DNA of 64,000 nt from a bacterium (GTDB lineage: Bacteria; Zhuqueibacterota; Zhuqueibacteria; Residuimicrobiales; Krinioviventaceae): the NCBI GenBank assembly GCA_963675755.2, contig CAXXMD010000003.1:992001-1056000 (forward strand), written 5' to 3'. The stretch's first letter is position 1. Each line of letters opens with the position of its first letter. The notes beneath the pieces were generated by a model. That model made no database searches. It was not told where the DNA came from and saw only the letters and a program-made list of their open reading frames with translations. Below, piece by piece: positions 60,810-64,000 of this stretch. Made by a program: the position numbers and the translations under genes.

Positions 60810-60848
60810 AAAAAAGCCCGGTTTTTAATTAAATTTCCGGGCTTTTTT
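60810..60848 (+). terminator. Intrinsic terminator after the pilin-like gene
   Basis: AAAAAAGCCCGG...CCGGGCTTTTTT. Confidence 0.75.
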
Positions 60849-60915
60849 GTTTCTTTACATGTTACTTTTTACACCTGCTAACGTATATATTTTATATTCT
60901 AAAATTGGAGTACTC

Positions 60916-62460
60916 GTGAAATCAAAACACATTTCCCCCGAAATGGCAGTGCTCTTGCTGTTTGTCTTTGCCAAATTTTTCGTTCATATTTATACCAATT
61001 TATTTGCCGGTTATGGTATATTTAGAGATGAATTATATTACCTTGCATGTGCCAACCACCTCGCTGCGGGATATGTAGATCAGCCCCCTTTATCAATTTA
61101 TATTCTATGGTTGTACAAATCTGTTTTTGGAGATTCTGTTTTCACTATCCGGTTACTACCTGCACTTGCAGGCGCACTCACTGTGTTTTTCACCGGTCTT
61201 GTAACACGACGCCTGGGTGGAGGGCTTTTTGCAATCCTTATGAGTAGTGTTGCTGTTTGCGTAGCCCCCATTTATCTGGCTATGAACAGTTTTTACTCTA
61301 TGAACAGTTTTGACATTCTCCTCTGGGCAATAGCTTTTTATATGCTTGTGCGCATCATCCAGCAAGACACGCTGATGGACTGGATTCTTTTTGGAATTAT
61401 TGTTGGTCTGGGAATGCTCAACAAGATCAGTATGGCCTGGCTGGCTATGGGATTTATAGCAGGCCTGCTGCTTACACCACAACGAAAAAAACTACTAACC
61501 ATTCGTCCCTATCTGGCTGGTGGTATCGCTTTTTTAATCTTTGCTCCATATATCATTTGGAATATCACAAACGATTTTCCAATGCTTGAATTCATGCACA
61601 ATGCAACACAACACAAATACAATGGAATTTCACGCTTGGACTTTTTATCCGGCCTTGTACTCAATATGCACCCGTTTCTACTACCCATTTGGATAGCCGG
61701 CCTGGTTTATTTGCTGTTTCCCAAATCCGGTAGAAAATATCAAATGCTGGGATGGATCTTTATAACAACATTTGCTATACTGATTATCAATGGGCACAGC
61801 AAACCCGAGTATCTATCGCCCGCATTTTTACCTCTATTTGCCGGCGGCAGCATTCTTGTTGAAAAACTTTTTCAATTACGATATATGAAATGGGGCATGT
61901 TTGCGGTTCCGGTAATTCTGCTGGCCGGAGGTATTGCCATTGCTCCGCTTGCAATACCCATATTACCGGTGGAACAATTTATCCAATATTCATCCAATCT
62001 GGGCATTCAGGCAGAATCTAACGAAGGCAAAGAATTGTCCCAGCTGCCCCAGTTTTACGCAGATATGCATGGTTGGGAAGAAATGGCAAAATCCGTTGCA
62101 GACGTATATCACTCTCTGCCCGAACCGGATAAACAAAATACCATAATATATGCCCATAACTACGGTGAAGCCGGGGCTATGGACTATTATCGGGAAAAAT
62201 ACGATCTTCCTCCCGTAATATGCATGCACAACAATTACTGGTTCTGGGGTAAAGAGTATTTTAACAAATATTACAACACAGTTATCATCATCGGTGGTAA
62301 AATGGAAGACCACCTCAATGCGCTAGAATTTGTAGAACAAGCTGCTATACACAAGACAAAATATAGTATTCCGTATGAAAACAATATTGGTATTTTTATT
62401 GGCAGGAATTTAATTGTCAGTATGAAAGAGCTATGGTTGAGGGATAAGCATTTTATTTAA
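60916..62460 (+). CDS. GT-C membrane glycosyltransferase (GT39/ArnT-like)
   Basis: Start likely GTG 60916 (GGAG SD); FRDELYYLAC..HLAAGYVDQPPL, many TM segments, NYGEAGA. Confidence 0.85.
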   Translation: MKSKHISPEMAVLLLFVFAKFFVHIYTNLFAGYGIFRDELYYLACANHLAAGYVDQPPLSIYILWLYKSVFGDSVFTIRLLPALAGALTVFFTGLVTRRLGGGLFAILMSSVAVCVAPIYLAMNSFYSMNSFDILLWAIAFYMLVRIIQQDTLMDWILFGIIVGLGMLNKISMAWLAMGFIAGLLLTPQRKKLLTIRPYLAGGIAFLIFAPYIIWNITNDFPMLEFMHNATQHKYNGISRLDFLSGLVLNMHPFLLPIWIAGLVYLLFPKSGRKYQMLGWIFITTFAILIINGHSKPEYLSPAFLPLFAGGSILVEKLFQLRYMKWGMFAVPVILLAGGIAIAPLAIPILPVEQFIQYSSNLGIQAESNEGKELSQLPQFYADMHGWEEMAKSVADVYHSLPEPDKQNTIIYAHNYGEAGAMDYYREKYDLPPVICMHNNYWFWGKEYFNKYYNTVIIIGGKMEDHLNALEFVEQAAIHKTKYSIPYENNIGIFIGRNLIVSMKELWLRDKHFI

Positions 62461-62464
62461 ATAC

Positions 62465-62497
62465 AAAAGGCACCCGCCAAAATGCGGGTGCCTTTTT
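62465..62497. terminator. Bidirectional intrinsic terminator
   Basis: AAAAGGCACCCGC-CAAAAT-GCGGGTGCCTTTT between convergent genes. Confidence 0.88.
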
Positions 62498-62500
62498 AAT

Positions 62501-64000
62501 CTATTTCATTTGAAAAATAACTGTAGGATCCAGCGGATACCGACCGAATTTCTCGCCATAAACAGCAAGTCCACCCGGCAATGAATCATCCACTTGCAGA
62601 CGTACAACCAGTTCACCCGTCTTGATAGCGTCTCTTATTACTTTCTCCGGAAGTACAGCATTCACAAGATAACCATAAGAACCCGCCTCGCGCAGTTTGC
62701 GATCATGGGGTTGATTATGCCAGCTCAACAATCCGCGATGATCAGCAGGATCGTCCTTTAAATCAAACACACCGCATGAAACACCATTTATAATCACCTG
62801 CACCATACTGGGATACAAAGTCTCATCTGTCATGGGGTAAGAATTTGGATTGCGTGATGGATCAAAAGTGCCTTTGCCCAGCATATAATTACCATCCATC
62901 TCGGTTTGATTATCCTGGTCTTTACCAAACAATTGTTTTGCACCCAATTCTGCTCTGAACACAGCTTCATCTATCAGATCCGCATCCAGTTTTTTGGGTA
63001 CGCGCATGCGGTATTCAAAAAAACCACTCCCAGCGCCGTTGACCTTTAATCCGTCAAGAACGTCCCATTGTTTAACGCTCCATTTAGAATCGGTAAAATC
63101 TCTGGCTTCCGTAGATACAACCAGTTGTTTTTCATCCGGGTACAAATTTTTTCCAATAACCTGAAAAGAAGTAAAATTTCGGTGCAATACAGTGCCCATG
63201 GGGTCCATTAACCGGACGGCTAGAATTGCCAATCCCGGAGCATCGGGCATTACAACAGACAATGGGTCCAGCTTGTGGTTCAACCAGGGCAGATAAGGAA
63301 CCGGCACTGTGGTTTTCCAGTATTCTTTGTACTCACCGGTTGTTGTCCATCCATACAAAGAAGCTTCTAATTCAAGACCCATCGCATAATTTTTATCTGT
63401 CATAAAAGAAGCAAAAACAGGCACATCAATGGTTTCTCCTATACTGACATCTTCACAAATTTGCTCACCTACAACAATATAAGAGGGGCTGTGCATATCA
63501 TTCAATGCCATACCCTCTACAATGTCGCCCATACCGGTAAATTTTTGAGAACGGTCATATTTATAATATCCGTTCCATTCATTGATCACATCATGATGTT
63601 CGGTATAAAGCCAGCCGCAAATTTGGGGACGGCGACGAAATTCATTCATCATCCAATGATAGTCAAAAGACCAGTCTACATCACCGGTACTGCCTTCGTA
63701 TCCCCATACATTACCACACTCACTGTTGAAAAGCGGGTCTTTGTCTTGCTTGTATCCCTCGGCATAATTCCAGGTAGAACCTTCATAGGTATTTTTAACA
63801 ACATTATCCAGAACGCTTTTCCATTGATAACCTGCTTTGTAATCATGCCAACTGTTAATATCTGTAATCACATGATCGTATAAACAAGCCGAGTTGTCTT
63901 CAATCAAACGCGTCTTGTCCAGTTCCTTTGCCTTGTGGTACATTTCTGCCACCCATTTTTGGGTTTTTGGCAAGTACCCCTTGTCATCGGTTTTTAAGCC
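62501..64000 (-). CDS. Glycoside hydrolase family 2-like protein, 5' end outside the window
   Basis: Frame is open to the window edge (GLKTDDKGYLPKTQKW...); DKTRLIEDNS, NSECG, CGWLYTEHHDV.NEWNG TIM-barrel motifs. Confidence 0.75.
   Translation of the reverse strand, partial: GLKTDDKGYLPKTQKWVAEMYHKAKELDKTRLIEDNSACLYDHVITDINSWHDYKAGYQWKSVLDNVVKNTYEGSTWNYAEGYKQDKDPLFNSECGNVWGYEGSTGDVDWSFDYHWMMNEFRRRPQICGWLYTEHHDVINEWNGYYKYDRSQKFTGMGDIVEGMALNDMHSPSYIVVGEQICEDVSIGETIDVPVFASFMTDKNYAMGLELEASLYGWTTTGEYKEYWKTTVPVPYLPWLNHKLDPLSVVMPDAPGLAILAVRLMDPMGTVLHRNFTSFQVIGKNLYPDEKQLVVSTEARDFTDSKWSVKQWDVLDGLKVNGAGSGFFEYRMRVPKKLDADLIDEAVFRAELGAKQLFGKDQDNQTEMDGNYMLGKGTFDPSRNPNSYPMTDETLYPSMVQVIINGVSCGVFDLKDDPADHRGLLSWHNQPHDRKLREAGSYGYLVNAVLPEKVIRDAIKTGELVVRLQVDDSLPGGLAVYGEKFGRYPLDPTVIFQMK

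Noticed and set aside
1-64000. Many short ORFs in the six-frame track antisense to or nested in long genes
   Set aside because: They are shadows of well-supported genes, with no motifs or SD support.
1-64000. Selenoproteins (in-frame UGA) or tRNA-Sec, prompted by selA
   Set aside because: I found no gene split at a TGA and no tRNA-like cloverleaf in the intergenic regions; the only split gene (S8) is a frameshift.

Overview
64 kb of bacterial core chromosome with no rRNA, tRNA, CRISPR array or mobile element recognisable by eye. Three secreted proteins end in a (N)YPNPFNP(ST) FlgD-Ig/T9SS-A-like C-terminal domain. Together with GWxTD, DUF5683-like and MGQxQLLLIV-type proteins, this points to a non-Bacteroidota FCB-type lineage such as KSB1, Calditrichota or Ignavibacteria (inference only). 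Positions 1-37.8 kb are almost entirely minus-strand operons: selA, MFS, a three-gene envelope operon, JAB-DinG, a beta-CASP nuclease, pdxST, PBP1A, mreB, purH/N/F, an LD-carboxypeptidase, GWxTD, rimO, ftsY, a lipid cluster, an NSS transporter, ridA, HD-GYP, waaL/msbA-like genes and dnk-folK-folB. The right half holds a 2815-aa SGNH/FG-GAP/Ig surface protein, NAT, a TPR protein, priA, a cyclophilin, a frameshifted S8 protease, patatin, pckA, a pilin-like gene, GT39 and a partial GH2. Most notable: (1) a tightly coupled UbiA prenyltransferase - ferredoxin - archaeal-type geranylgeranyl reductase - CDP-alcohol phosphatidyltransferase cluster resembling the late steps of archaeal isoprenoid ether lipid synthesis; (2) three mutually similar sigma54-type promoters (TGGNATAnnnnTTGmT), two with tandem TGT-Nn-ACA enhancer-like sites, in front of uncharacterised envelope genes; (3) a helical-repeat/Ig-array/beta-barrel operon in which the Ig-array gene is bracketed by a perfect orphan Shine-Dalgarno and a GC-rich hairpin.
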